A DNA stretch of 64,000 nucleotides, taken from the NCBI GenBank assembly GCA_024275095.1, contig JAJRZV010000025.1:599-64598 (forward strand), written 5' to 3'. Under the pieces are notes generated by a model. The model ran no database searches and had not been told where the DNA came from. It saw only the letters and a program-made list of their open reading frames with translations. The stretch's first letter is position 1; the number at the start of each line of letters is the position of its first letter. Below are positions 19,635 to 31,047 of the stretch, in pieces. A program made the translations under genes and the position numbers. Source of the DNA: a bacterium (lineage in GTDB: Bacteria; JAJRZV01).

Positions 19635-20478
19635 CTCCCAGCAGCTCCTTTCTGGCAATTTCCAGCTCTTCCGCGGTAGGTGCAATGCCATGGTATTTGG
19701 CCTTGCCTTCAAAGATGCTCACCCCTTTCCCTTTTACAGTTTTTGCAATAATAACCGTGGGTTTGCCTGCGGGCTGGCGTGTGGCTTCAAGTGCGTCCAA
19801 AATTTCGTTATAGTCATGTCCGTTGATTTCCAATACCCTCCAGCCGAAATCTTTCCATTTGGCAGCGAGGGGTTCAAGGGTAACGATGTCATTTATGTAT
19901 CCATCTATCTGCAGCCCGTTGTAGTCCACGATTGTTACCAGGTTGTCCAGGGATCTGTGACCCGCAAACATGGCTGCTTCCCAGATTTGACCTTCCTGTA
20001 ACTCCCCGTCACCTGTAAGTACAAACACACGAATGTTTTTGCTGTCGATGCGTGCTCCCAGTGCAATACCAATGCCGATAGAAAGCCCCTGCCCTAAACT
20101 ACCAGTAGAGACCTCCACTCCAACAGTGGATTTTCGATCGGGATGCCCCTGGAGATGTTTTTCTCCCAATTTTCTAAGGGTGGAAAGGTGATTTTCTCTG
20201 AAGTATCCTGACATGGCCAGCACAGTATAGAGAGCAGGAGCTGCGTGTCCCTTGGAGAGCACAAAGCGGTCTCTTTCCTTCCACCCGGGTTCTTGAGGCT
20301 TGTGCTTCATTTCATGGAAAAACAATGCCACCAAGAGGTCCATACACGAAAGCGAACCGCCGGTGTGCCCGGAGCCGGCCCGACAGAGGGCTTCCAGCAT
20401 CTTATATCGTGCTTTTCTTGCTATGGTTTCGAGCTTCAGCGTCAGTTCTTTTCGATTTAAATGGCGACTATTTTTCAT
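19615..20478 (-). CDS. Transketolase N-terminal subunit
   Basis: SGHTGGSLS, DRFVLSKGHAAP, TGSLGQG, GDGELQEG. Confidence 0.93.
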   Translation of the reverse strand: MKNSRHLNRKELTLKLETIARKARYKMLEALCRAGSGHTGGSLSCMDLLVALFFHEMKHKPQEPGWKERDRFVLSKGHAAPALYTVLAMSGYFRENHLSTLRKLGEKHLQGHPDRKSTVGVEVSTGSLGQGLSIGIGIALGARIDSKNIRVFVLTGDGELQEGQIWEAAMFAGHRSLDNLVTIVDYNGLQIDGYINDIVTLEPLAAKWKDFGWRVLEINGHDYNEILDALEATRQPAGKPTVIIAKTVKGKGVSIFEGKAKYHGIAPTAEELEIARKELLGDGTDQI

Positions 20479-20875
20479 TTTCCAGAATCTCGTCGGCCAG
20501 ATAGTCTAAGATCACCTCGTCCAGACTTTTCTCTTTTGCCTCTTCCTGGACCGAGGAGGCGGCGGCAGATTTGCTTTCATCAACTGCAATTCCTTTTTTC
20601 TTTAATTCTTCTTTAACAAGGGGGTGAGTATCATACGCTCCGGAAAGAACTTTTTTGATGGTGGCCTTATGCTGCTCTTCCATGATTTCTTTCACAACCC
20701 TATCGCAAAGCTCGTGTGCGACAATGTCTTTGTAATCTGTTTTCTCAGTGGCAATGATGTTTCCTCCAATGAACACGTGAGTAATTACCAGAGCCGCTTT
20801 TTTTCCCATATCTTCTGTTTGTACGTGAAAGACAAGTCCTCTATGTTTTACGTTATGATTGAATCCCGGCAGCAT
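20468..20875 (-). CDS. romY: RomY-like protein (MglB co-GAP in Myxococcus)
   Basis: GFNHNVKHRG.VFHVQTED...ITHVFIGGNII...MEEQHK and C-terminal SLDEVILDYLA. Near ftsEX. Recognition is from recall of the M. xanthus protein. Confidence 0.6.
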   Translation of the reverse strand: MLPGFNHNVKHRGLVFHVQTEDMGKKAALVITHVFIGGNIIATEKTDYKDIVAHELCDRVVKEIMEEQHKATIKKVLSGAYDTHPLVKEELKKKGIAVDESKSAAASSVQEEAKEKSLDEVILDYLADEILENEK

Positions 20876-20896
20876 TTCAGTAACCAGCCCTGATAT

Positions 20897-23023
20897 TCAT
20901 ATTGTAGCTCCAATGGAGAAATGAATAACGCTTGACGGCTCCCCCTCTTTCCTCATTGTGTTAAATCCTATTTCCAGGCGCATGGGCCCAACTGGAGTTC
21001 TGTACCTCATTCCAAACCCCACGGTCAACCGTTTAATGCTTTCTTGAATTTCAACACCCCCCGTTGTAATTCCAGATGCAATGCCCCCATCATTAAACAC
21101 GCTGATGCTCATATTTTCAAAAAGTTTCATTATAAACTCAACATTATATATAGCATATGCTGTGGCAGCTCCATTGGGCACAAAAGACTCCTCTTCCACC
21201 CCCCTCACTGTTGAGGAACCTCCGATATAATAGTATTCATCTACTGGAAGTGCCACTGTTCCCAGTTTCCAGATGCAGCCGCTTCCCGAAAACAATCTCA
21301 TCACAATGTTGTTTTGCATGGGTATGTAAAGTGAGCCATTCCAGGTAATCTTGACGAAATCATATTTGGACCCAAGATACCGGTCTGCCATCTCCAGCAT
21401 GAGAGAGGCATACCCTCCCCTGGAGGGATTGGCCCTGTCATCTCTTAAATCCATCGCAAAACGTGTAAAGGCTTTTCCCAGCTTGCCGCTTTCGCTGATC
21501 TGTTCCCTCGTTGATTCAACTTTGAATCTCAACTCGAAATCGTAGCCCAGTTTCATGTCGAGCCACTGATGCGTAAGACCGAGGGTGACGCCCCCAAAAA
21601 GTGCATCTTTGAGGTACAGGTGTCGCAGCTTGTACTCTGCTCCAACCCAGGCGTAAAGATCAGCCAATGAAGGGATCAAATTTGTCTTTTCAAATGTAAG
21701 ACGACCGCGTCTTTCATAAAGTACAGATTCTTCTATGTTGTAAAAAAGCTCTCGTGGAAGATACGAGACGCCTCCTTCGAGTGTTATGCTTGCACTGGTG
21801 TGAAAAAGTTTACGCACGGTAAAGTTCAATTCTCCTTCGAGTCCCCTGAGGGTGTTGACACCTGCTCCAATGTTCAGTGATGCTCGTTTCATCTCTTTTA
21901 CACGCACAAGAAGATCGTTTCCCGAAAAGTTTTCACCGCTTGGAAGAAGGGCTACATCCACAACTGTAAACACGCCTGTGCGAGCCAGTTCCTGTTCAAG
22001 TTTTTTTGCCACAAGCGGACTGGCCGGCTTCCCCTTGTACCGTCTGGCAAGGTATGAAAGGTCTACATCGCGGGTTCCCACAACATAAACATGTTCTATG
22101 ATTTGCCGGACGTATTGCTTGACGGTGATGATATGCCTGTGAGGGTCTACAGTGAAAACGGATGCAGCAGGATTGACTCCGCAGAGTCTCATTCTTTTTA
22201 TGAACACGAGTGATACGTCTTTTCCTTTTTCTACTTGAAGACCTTTCGCAAGGCAGTTTTCAGGAGGGATGTTTTCAAACTGAACCTCGTATGTTACAGG
22301 GGCGATCTTTTCTGCAGCCACCACGATCACAAGGGAGATTTCCGCCTCGTCCGCCGTTGTTCTTAGTTTTTTGTAATTCAGATGCAACCTTTTTACTCTC
22401 AGATTCATGGAGTTAAAGAAATCCACTACCTGGGTTCGAATGGACTGAATGTTTTGCACACTCATCAAAGTGTTGTCTCGAAAGAGATTCCGCCACGGCG
22501 GAAATATTCTTGATTCCAGAAAAACTTTTAGTTCTTTTTCTATTTCCTGGGCCTGCTCTATTCCTGTAACCACTGCATCTATCTGGACAATTCTGTGCTT
22601 TTTGCCTTTTCGTACGTAAAGAATTTTATTCTTAATTTCTAAGGAGGGTTCCATATATCCCTGTTCCTTGAAAAGAGATTTTACAGAAGCAATGGCGAGC
22701 GCTGGGGGTTTGCCTTTGACCATTCCTTTGAGAACCTTCTCCAGTCGTGAGTCATCCGGTACCACTACATCCAGAATTTTATCCTGTGTTTGCCTTTGTG
22801 GAGGTTTGGGTACGGGAGGCGTTTTGACCGGCTGGGGTTCTCGCGTTTTGGGAGCAGGAGCTTTTTCAATGGTTTGACACTCCAGATTCCCCTTGCTGTC
22901 AAAACATACAGCAATGATCCCCTGTAATAATGATGACTTTAAATACGTGTGAGACCACGTGCGAAAGTGGGACGATACGGGAGCTGAAAGCGAAGAGACT
23001 ATCAAGAATATCAATGTATTCAC
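20897..23023 (-). CDS. Omp85 family outer membrane protein (TamA/BamA-like)
   Basis: YYIGGSSTVRG, GFGMRYRTPVGPMRLEIG, terminal HFSIGATI. Confidence 0.88.
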   Translation of the reverse strand: MNTLIFLIVSSLSAPVSSHFRTWSHTYLKSSLLQGIIAVCFDSKGNLECQTIEKAPAPKTREPQPVKTPPVPKPPQRQTQDKILDVVVPDDSRLEKVLKGMVKGKPPALAIASVKSLFKEQGYMEPSLEIKNKILYVRKGKKHRIVQIDAVVTGIEQAQEIEKELKVFLESRIFPPWRNLFRDNTLMSVQNIQSIRTQVVDFFNSMNLRVKRLHLNYKKLRTTADEAEISLVIVVAAEKIAPVTYEVQFENIPPENCLAKGLQVEKGKDVSLVFIKRMRLCGVNPAASVFTVDPHRHIITVKQYVRQIIEHVYVVGTRDVDLSYLARRYKGKPASPLVAKKLEQELARTGVFTVVDVALLPSGENFSGNDLLVRVKEMKRASLNIGAGVNTLRGLEGELNFTVRKLFHTSASITLEGGVSYLPRELFYNIEESVLYERRGRLTFEKTNLIPSLADLYAWVGAEYKLRHLYLKDALFGGVTLGLTHQWLDMKLGYDFELRFKVESTREQISESGKLGKAFTRFAMDLRDDRANPSRGGYASLMLEMADRYLGSKYDFVKITWNGSLYIPMQNNIVMRLFSGSGCIWKLGTVALPVDEYYYIGGSSTVRGVEEESFVPNGAATAYAIYNVEFIMKLFENMSISVFNDGGIASGITTGGVEIQESIKRLTVGFGMRYRTPVGPMRLEIGFNTMRKEGEPSSVIHFSIGATI

Positions 23024-23031
23024 TTTTTCTC

Positions 23032-26000
23032 CTACCAGTCAAAATTCCATCGTGCATTTATCTTCAGGCTGAAATTGCCCACAGGACTGTTCACGTCTTC
23101 TACCACATCAAATGCTTTATTATCCCACCCTCCCTGAAGAATCACACTATTTGTAAGACGATAGAGGAGAAAAACACTCTGATCTTTTTCAATGATGTCT
23201 CTTTGATACTCAATGGTAAGCCGGGGTGACACGTTGGAAGAGATGCTCAGACGGGAGGCCAGACGCCTGGTTATTTCCTCGTACCCACTGGATATGGCGA
23301 GATCAGATATTCCGAATCGTCGTGCTACATCTTTCATTTCACTTCCAAATAAAAGCTCCATTCCCAGAGTTGCCTTTTCTATGTTGGATATTTGTTGCCC
23401 GCCGGTGACGTCTCCTGCTTCCGGGACACCAAATGTGATTAACGATAGTATTTCACTGTCTTTAAGAGGCGGAGATGAAGAAAATTTCATCTTGAGTCCG
23501 TCAACCCATCCTTCCACATCCACAGTAATCCTGTATCGCTTCTCGATTCCTTTAAGGGCCACGATTTCTGTTTCTGCACTGGCTTCTACATAGGGAACAC
23601 CAGGGCGAGCGCTGCTGAGGAGAAATGTCCCGTTCCTCACCCTGAACCACACATTGCGGAACTTGTAACGTCCTGTAAATCTCAATCTTCCGTTGAGAGA
23701 AAATTCTTTGCCCGCGTTTATTCGAAGCGAACCTGAAAGCGACATGTTTTGAGTTTCAGAGTAGAGCTGGAGTGAGTCAATGGTTATATTCGCATTGATG
23801 GATACAGGAAGCGGTTTCCACTCCTTTTCTTCGCCGTCGCCGCTTACCATTTTGTGCCACGTCATGTCGTAATACACTCTTTTTGTCAGCACCCTGCATA
23901 AAAGGTCAATTTCTTTTAAATCACCGCCTGCGGTACACCGCAGTCGAATTTGTGGCGGTCCCTCATATTCCACTTCCAGGGCGGGAATGTTTAGACTTAA
24001 TTGTTTTTTGGAGGGCTGGAGAATAATTGAAGCTCCCCCGGACGAAGAGACGTTCAGTAAATTTTCCCAGTTCCAGGTGAATTTCCACGGCTCATCCGGC
24101 AGACTCACAGCAAACGGCCCCCATTCTGCTCGATAGGGTTTTAAAACTCCTCTGAATTTAAAGGGAGAAAGCTGAAGCGTCCCTGAAGCAGTCGCGTTTA
24201 TCTGAATGCCACGGGTTAAACGCAGGTAGTCGAGAACACCAAAACCGTGAGCTGCTGTCTGAATTTTCAGTTTATTGCCTGATAGAATTTTTATGAATTC
24301 GCTGTTGTCTTCACTCGTGATAAGGTTTTTAACCGAACGAGTTTGTGAGAGCACATAAAGGGCCCGCCTCTTGGAATTATAGCCCAGGCCTGTGGCAGGG
24401 GATATTGTGTAAGAGACCCCTGCGACAGTAAACGTAGCACCTGACGGGAAACTCACCTCATAGCGGTATGAATGCTCGGATAATATTTCCGCCCCACCCT
24501 GCATAGACACATCAAACGGTCCGTCCCGGAAAATCGTCAGGGCACGCGAACTGGTAACAGAAGCTTTTAATATTCCTGTGTTCCAGAAGTATTGAACTTT
24601 TATTTTTTGAGAACTTGTTTCAAGGTTGGTTATGCCGTTTTCAGTATTGATATAAAAACTTTCTGATAATCCAGGCAAAATCAGTGAAGTTTTTTTCACT
24701 GATGCGTTCATGTTTCCACTGAGCCTCCACCCTTCTTCTTCTCTAAAAACAGCGTGTATGCTTCCGGTCAGAGATGCTGTAAACAACTCGCGAATTACCG
24801 GGAAATTCTTCAGACCCGCTCTCATTTCTATTTTCAGATCATTTTTTTCTTCGGATCCTGAAACTTTTAGGTGATATAGAATTCTTTCAGCTTTGTCCTT
24901 CACGTCGAGTGAAAAGGATTCCTGCGCGTACAAACCGTGTATTGTCACATCAGGACGATATGAGGTGTGCTTGAGGTAAAGCTCTTTCGCTGTTGTTTCA
25001 AAATACACCCTTACATCATTGAAAGGTCCTGTAACCTTCATGCGTAGATTTGCTGTTTTTGCACGCCGGTCCACCACAAATCCCATCAAATATCCGATAT
25101 CGGCGTATTCATTGGAAAGTAGTGCAGGGACCACTTTATCCGCTTGCAGGTGCCCGTAGACTGCTCCTTCTTCTGGGCCGAAATCTATTTCCACCGAGCC
25201 CTTTACGAGTCCTCCACCTGTGGTGCCTGAGATGGGGCTGAATTTCAAAAGTTTTTGTGAATACTCCACACGGGAGGATAAAAATGTATAGTCAAAGCCA
25301 AAAATTCTGCCTTTCCAGCTTTTAAATTGACCGCTGATGTTCACGTCGTGATAGTCAGATTGAATGGTACATTCAAGGTCTGTTGTCCCGGATATTTTGA
25401 CTGGTCCAACGTGGCCCAATACATCCAGAGGAAATCGGTCGCCTTTTACAGAAAGAAACATATGATCTTCGAATCCAAACTCTCCCTTTACCTCCATCGC
25501 TTTGTGTCCGTTGAAATAGACAAGAGCCCTGTCCAGTCGAAATGCGTGCGCCATAAAAGCACCTGAGACAAGAAGGTGTGCTCGTGGAGTTTCTACTACG
25601 ACCGCTTTGAGCGGATTTCTATAGTCATGTGTAAATGTAAAGAAATCTTTTACATTAACGGCTCCTTCAACATGGAATTCTTCGAAATCCCTTGTGGACC
25701 AAGTGAGACTTCGGGAAAAGAGTCGAGCTGTGACGCGGGAATGTTCCAGGCCCATGGAGGTCCCAATTCCTTCTATTGTAATTCCGTTCAGGGATGTCAC
25801 GATTTTCATGTGATGTTTCTGGAGGTCCAGAAAACCCGTCCCATTCACAGTACCGCCCATGAGATGGGCTGTGAACGAGGTTATGGAAACAGAGAAGTTT
25901 CTGACGTTTCCAGTTGCACGAATATTGCCGAACCTGAAATGTCCGAGTTCCAGCCCTTTTACATTGCATTCGTATGCAAAATCGAGGTTTTTACTGCTAC

Positions 26001-26850
26001 GGGATGTTTTCAAGTTTTCTAAATTGCACAAAAGCGAGCCTTTCAATTTTTCGGTTATTGCAATTCCTCCGCAGCCTTCTCCTGTTTCTGCTGACACCTG
26101 TAGATGATTGATGTGGATCCTGTCCCAATCAGAGGCGTAAAAGTTGTGTATGTTTATCCGGCAGTTTTGGTTGTCGAGGAGTGATACTGTTTCCACGGCA
26201 ATTTCACGGTCATCAATGTTGAATTCACCCTGCTGGATAGAAAGAGCACGCCATTGAGACTCAGGAACGGTTCCACCGAGACGGAGGGTTTTCAAAGCCA
26301 GTGCTTTTACAGAAACCCTGAGGGGTCGAGACGTAAGAGAGAGTACGGCTTTTTCAATTCTACTTTTTACCCACTGATGGCCTGATGCCCCCGTGAATGT
26401 AAGGTTAAACTCCCCGTTTTTGAGAACCATGTTTTCGATTCGGAAATACACAAATGATGTTTGAAATGTACGGAGCAGACGCTGGACAAAGAGGGGTTCT
26501 TTTTTTTCGGCTTCAGTGTAAATGTTTGCGTCTATGTGGAATTTTTCTACAACAAGGGAACGGATAACAGCCTGGCCCAGAATACCCTGTACCGGGCTTA
26601 AAGCCACAACAATTCGAGATCCGGAAAAGGAGAAGGTTGGCGTGTAGATGTTAACGTCATGGAAAACCACGGTTGAGGGGAGGCGCACTTCCAGAGTTCC
26701 TATGGATACTTCTCCGTGAATCTTTGCGGACGTCACGCGCTCAATGAAGGCCTTGCCGTGTCTGGGCATCCATACATAGGTAAAATAAAAAGCTCCTACC
26801 GTGAAGATCAGAATAAGAAAGATAAATAACGCTGATACCCAGCGTTTCAC
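23032..26850 (-). CDS. TamB/AsmA-like translocation module protein
   Basis: N-terminal TM, long beta-rich body, FSSSPPLKDSEILSLITFG (DUF490). Upstream of Omp85. Confidence 0.82.
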   Translation of the reverse strand: MKRWVSALFIFLILIFTVGAFYFTYVWMPRHGKAFIERVTSAKIHGEVSIGTLEVRLPSTVVFHDVNIYTPTFSFSGSRIVVALSPVQGILGQAVIRSLVVEKFHIDANIYTEAEKKEPLFVQRLLRTFQTSFVYFRIENMVLKNGEFNLTFTGASGHQWVKSRIEKAVLSLTSRPLRVSVKALALKTLRLGGTVPESQWRALSIQQGEFNIDDREIAVETVSLLDNQNCRINIHNFYASDWDRIHINHLQVSAETGEGCGGIAITEKLKGSLLCNLENLKTSRSSKNLDFAYECNVKGLELGHFRFGNIRATGNVRNFSVSITSFTAHLMGGTVNGTGFLDLQKHHMKIVTSLNGITIEGIGTSMGLEHSRVTARLFSRSLTWSTRDFEEFHVEGAVNVKDFFTFTHDYRNPLKAVVVETPRAHLLVSGAFMAHAFRLDRALVYFNGHKAMEVKGEFGFEDHMFLSVKGDRFPLDVLGHVGPVKISGTTDLECTIQSDYHDVNISGQFKSWKGRIFGFDYTFLSSRVEYSQKLLKFSPISGTTGGGLVKGSVEIDFGPEEGAVYGHLQADKVVPALLSNEYADIGYLMGFVVDRRAKTANLRMKVTGPFNDVRVYFETTAKELYLKHTSYRPDVTIHGLYAQESFSLDVKDKAERILYHLKVSGSEEKNDLKIEMRAGLKNFPVIRELFTASLTGSIHAVFREEEGWRLSGNMNASVKKTSLILPGLSESFYINTENGITNLETSSQKIKVQYFWNTGILKASVTSSRALTIFRDGPFDVSMQGGAEILSEHSYRYEVSFPSGATFTVAGVSYTISPATGLGYNSKRRALYVLSQTRSVKNLITSEDNSEFIKILSGNKLKIQTAAHGFGVLDYLRLTRGIQINATASGTLQLSPFKFRGVLKPYRAEWGPFAVSLPDEPWKFTWNWENLLNVSSSGGASIILQPSKKQLSLNIPALEVEYEGPPQIRLRCTAGGDLKEIDLLCRVLTKRVYYDMTWHKMVSGDGEEKEWKPLPVSINANITIDSLQLYSETQNMSLSGSLRINAGKEFSLNGRLRFTGRYKFRNVWFRVRNGTFLLSSARPGVPYVEASAETEIVALKGIEKRYRITVDVEGWVDGLKMKFSSSPPLKDSEILSLITFGVPEAGDVTGGQQISNIEKATLGMELLFGSEMKDVARRFGISDLAISSGYEEITRRLASRLSISSNVSPRLTIEYQRDIIEKDQSVFLLYRLTNSVILQGGWDNKAFDVVEDVNSPVGNFSLKINARWNFDW

Positions 26851-26950
26851 CTGTCCATTACCCCTGTAACTGAAACCTGCGAATCTTCAATTTAACCTGG
26901 TACCTGTCACGAGGGGTGAGATCGTGCTTTCGCGCAATGATGAAAATAAA

Positions 26951-27022
26951 AGCGGGCGACGGGATTCGAACCCGCGACATCGAGCTTGGGAAGCTCGCAC
27001 TCTACCACTGAGTTACGCCCGC
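26951..27022 (-). tRNA. tRNA-Gly (CCC), CCA not encoded
   Basis: GCGGGCG acceptor, anticodon arm CGAGC-TTCCCAA-GCTCG, GGTTCGAATCC T-loop. Confidence 0.95.
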
Positions 27023-27048
27023 CGCTCCTTTTCGAAAAGGAGAATTTT

Positions 27049-27966
27049 TCATTCATCTATTTCCTCTATTCTTTCAACAATATCTTCCACTTCTGCAATA
27101 TCAACTTCGTTTACGGCCAAGCGCTGTTGTGATGTTTTTTCTTCCTGTTTCCACTGAAGCCTCAAGTCACTCACCACCCCTTTTACAATATCATAATCCA
27201 CTCTTTTTCTTTTTAAAAGATAGGCTTCGAACAAAGCGTTATCGCAGATGGTGTTAATGGTTCTGGGAATGCCTTTCGAGGCTGAATGTATAAGATCGTA
27301 CACACTGGTATCGAATATCTCCTGATTTTCTGCCCCGGCTAATTTGAGCCGATGCTGGATGTAATTAACAGTTGAGTTTTTGTCGAAAGGGCGCAGCTCG
27401 TATCTCATCGCCACCCTCTGGGCAAGAGGGGGATCAAGCTGAAGCACGTCATCCAGTTCAGGAAGACCGAAAAGTACAAAGGTAATCAGCTTTCTTTCGG
27501 GTAGCTCTATGTTGAGAAGCCCGCGCAATTCCTCCATAATTTCTTTGTTCCGCAGCATTTGGGCCTCGTCCACAAGCACCACTGCCTTTTTGCCCAATTC
27601 ATATATCTCCATAAGTCTTTGAGAGATGGAGGAGAGAAGCTGGATTTTATCTTCCGGGACATTTTCTATTCCAAACTGCATGGCAATTTTTTTGAGGAAC
27701 CAATCAGTGCTGATTTGAGAATGAACCACCACCAGAAGTGCAGATTCGTACTCGTTTTCATCAAGAGCATCCAGCAAGCGACGCGCAAGCATTGTTTTAC
27801 CTGTACCCACATCTCCCACGATAACCGCAAGCCCGCGCATTCGTTCAATTGCATGTCTGAGCCTTAACATGGCCTGCGAATGTTCCTGGCTGTCAAAATA
27901 GAACCGGGTATCAGGAGCTGTTGAAAAGGGTTCGTCTTTGAACCCGAAAAACTCCAGATAGCTCAT
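27049..27966 (-). CDS. ExeA/GspA-family AAA ATPase
   Basis: YLEFFGF..EPFS..PD, GDVGTGKT, VDEAQML, LFGLPEL, GIPRTINTICD. Confidence 0.92.
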   Translation of the reverse strand: MSYLEFFGFKDEPFSTAPDTRFYFDSQEHSQAMLRLRHAIERMRGLAVIVGDVGTGKTMLARRLLDALDENEYESALLVVVHSQISTDWFLKKIAMQFGIENVPEDKIQLLSSISQRLMEIYELGKKAVVLVDEAQMLRNKEIMEELRGLLNIELPERKLITFVLFGLPELDDVLQLDPPLAQRVAMRYELRPFDKNSTVNYIQHRLKLAGAENQEIFDTSVYDLIHSASKGIPRTINTICDNALFEAYLLKRKRVDYDIVKGVVSDLRLQWKQEEKTSQQRLAVNEVDIAEVEDIVERIEEIDE

Positions 27967-28096
27967 CTATCCCCCCGAAAGGCTGAAGTGTTTGTATGAA
28001 AGAATAATAAAACCTCTATGGAAAATCCACATAATCATCCTGAAACAAACGTTCTCCCAGCTTCGGGTTCGATTGTGAATAATAATGCGTGCTGAT

Positions 28097-30865
28097 TCAG
28101 ACAAAGGTGATCTTTTTCTTGGAAGGTGCCTTTTTGGTAACGGGTTTGGGTTCTGCTTCGGGTTCGGGTTGGGGTTTTTCCTCTTTTTGCGGAGAGGGAG
28201 AAGGCGCGGGCTGGGGAGTTTTTTTCTCGAGAAGCTGGCTCTCTGTTTCATCGTATTCGTCGCCGAGAATGTCTTCGAGAGAAAGTCTTTCGTATTCCTG
28301 CTCCGCTTTAGCTTCTTTTTTAAGGGATCGTAGCATCTCTACTTTTTCTGCCACATCCTTGAAGGAAGCATCGCGGCTATAAACCATTTCGAACCATTTA
28401 AGGGCCTCTTCTGTTTCATTTTTCATCTCGTGGGCCACGCCAAGTTGATATTCAATGTCAATTTTCTGTTCGTCGTCGGCCTCCTGGTAAGCCTCGGAAA
28501 GAATTTTTATGGCATTATCCGGTTCAGACTTGTTAATGTAGCAGATACCGATCATCACCATTGATACCACTTTCAGCTCCGGTGATTTCATGGATATGAG
28601 AAATTCCTCGATGGCTTCTTCGTAAAGTCCCATTTACACATAAGCCAGGCCCAGGTCGTAATGAGCCTGGCCTTCTTCTTCGCCCAGTATTTTTTTCACT
28701 CCTTTTTTGAATTCCTGTAGCACTTCTTCTGCACTGACCTGGTGAGTTGGTTCTGCGGGTGCAGCTTGAGCAGGTTGCTCTTCACCCTCGAGCTGTTCAT
28801 CCAGCACCTCTTTCAGGTCCCAGTCTCCTTCGAGAATTGACTCTTCAAACTCCGGTGCATTCGATTCCCCGGCGATGACAATATCTTCTTCTTTTACCTC
28901 GGCCTGGGCCTCTGTTGCTTTTTCCATTTCTTCTATTCTTTGCATGAGAATTCGGGCTTTTTCGCTGTTGGGCCTGCGCTCCAGTACCCGGGTGAGAACC
29001 TCTTTCGCTTCGTCGTAAAGCCCCTGATTCATATAAAACTCTGCTTCACTGATATCATCTTCTAAGGTAATGGAATCGTCCGCTCGAATTTCTTCTTCCT
29101 CCGGGGGTTCAGAAGAGGCAGGTTGCTCTTCAATATCGTGATCTCCAAGTTCTTCTTCAATATCGACGTCGTCGCTCTGGAATGCCTCCATGATATCTTC
29201 TTCTGTCACCATTTCCTCTTCATAAGATCCCCTGTCAGTATCTAATTCCGCCTCTTCTTCAAAGGCTTCGCTTCCGTCGGAGAAAGACACGGCCGCTTCA
29301 ACTTCTTCCTCTTCGACTTCGATATCCTCGGTCGCTGGCTCTTCTGACCCCAGATCCACCTCAATTTCCTCTTCCTCTCCCGCCTCTTCTTCCATCTCTA
29401 TGCTTTCTTCGGAGATATCCGGAGCGGTTTCTTTTATTTCCACCTGGGTCTCCGACCCCATATCAACTGAGATTTCTTCTTCGCCCAGGTCTACAGTGAT
29501 CTCTTCCTCCTCTTCCTCTTCTTCTACAGGTGCTTTTTCCGGGGCACTTTCTTCGAGTGTTTCTGCCGAGGTGGTGAGCACGACTTCCTCCTCCTCTTCC
29601 TCCAGAGGGATTTCTTCTTCGACCTCAGCCTGGCCTGCCAGTGGGGAGTTGGGAAGAAGACTTTTCACTTCTTCAATAATCGCTTCTTTTACACGTGAGT
29701 TATCACCGGCAAGTTCTATTGCCTTTGCAAAGAGTTTCTCCGCTCCTTCCTGGAATCGGAATTTGGCACACATCCGCGCGTAATTTCTCAACGCATCCAC
29801 ATCGTCCAGCAACGTGAGTATCTCTTCAAGCACAGAGCGTGCTGTGCTGGTCAGACCGTATTTTACGGACACGAGGAACTTGTTAATGAGCTTTTTAACG
29901 CGTTCTTCCTGCTCTACAACTTCGGCACGGGTTTCTTCCCGAGTTTCTTTTTCCTGGATTTCACGCACCTGCGTTTCGCCGAGTAGGGTCCGGGCGTCAT
30001 GGTCATCAGGAGCAATTTTGGTAATCCAGCGTGCTACACGCTCGATCCTTTCCTTGTCACCCCTGGACCTGTATAGTTTGAGCAATTGCTTGAGTACATG
30101 AAGGGCCTTATCAGGTTTGTTGACGCCTTCGAGTGACTCTGCCATAAGCCACATGACTCTTTCATTGACCCGATTCTTTTCTACAAAAGTCTGAAGCACC
30201 TTCAGTGCTTTAAGATAATCTTTGATGCGCACATAACACTCAGCAAGTTTCTCTCTCGTTGAGAAGTCATCCAGTCCAATTTTTATTTTCTTTTCCAGCA
30301 GGATGGCCATTTCTTTGTATTTGCCGGCCTTTTCCAGGGTGGCAATGAGTGATTGAAATTCTTTGTCTGCTGCTTCTTTGTCTCCTTGCTGAAGGTAGAG
30401 TTCGGCCAGCTTGAAACGGGCGGCTACGTTGTCCGGATCGATTTCAATAAGTTTTTTCAGAAATTCCATTTCTTCATCTATGCGCCCTTCTTCATCAAGT
30501 ACCACAACAGCATCTTTAATGGTGTTGACGAGTTCACCCTTGTAATTGAGGTTTTGATAAACTTCAATAAGCTGTTTGTACGTGTCTATATTTTTTCTGT
30601 CGACACTGAGGGCATTTTTCAGAATCCCCAGTGCTTTTGGATAAAAACCGGCATTCATGTGCCTGCGGGAAAGCTCGATTGAAACATCCACGACTTTTTT
30701 CTTGTCTCCCTTTTTGCTATACAGGCGGATGAGGTCATGCATGGCTTTCACTTCATTGGGGTCAGTTTCCACGAGTTGAGATAAAATGGAAATGGCTTTA
30801 TCTATCTGGCCCTTTTTCTCGGCTTTCAGGGCTTCCTGGTAAAATTGACGTTTGTTTACAGCCAT
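28097..30865 (-). CDS. sgmX: SgmX/Bd2492-like large TPR protein, interrupted by in-frame TAA at 28634-28636
   Basis: N-terminal TPRs, Glu-rich linker, EAEFYMNQGL, VSAEEVLQEFKKGV...HYDLGLAYV*MGLYEEAIEEF, C-terminal KKKITFV. The two ORFs abut in frame. Confidence 0.7.
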
Positions 30866-31047
30866 GGTTCCCCTTTTTTATGTAACTATTTCAGATTATC
30901 ACCAATAAATCCTCTATTCAAGTGCGATACCGAATAAAGGAGATGTGAAAGATGCAGGTCACATTTCAAAAAATTTTATAAAAAATGAAAATCGCAGGTC
31001 CTGCAAAGAGCCTTTGGGTGGAGGAAACTTATGCCCTTTAAAGCAGG

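Noticed and set aside
28750-29650. TTC/CTC-rich quasi-repeats
   Set aside because: Explained by the Glu-rich linker of the SgmX-like protein.
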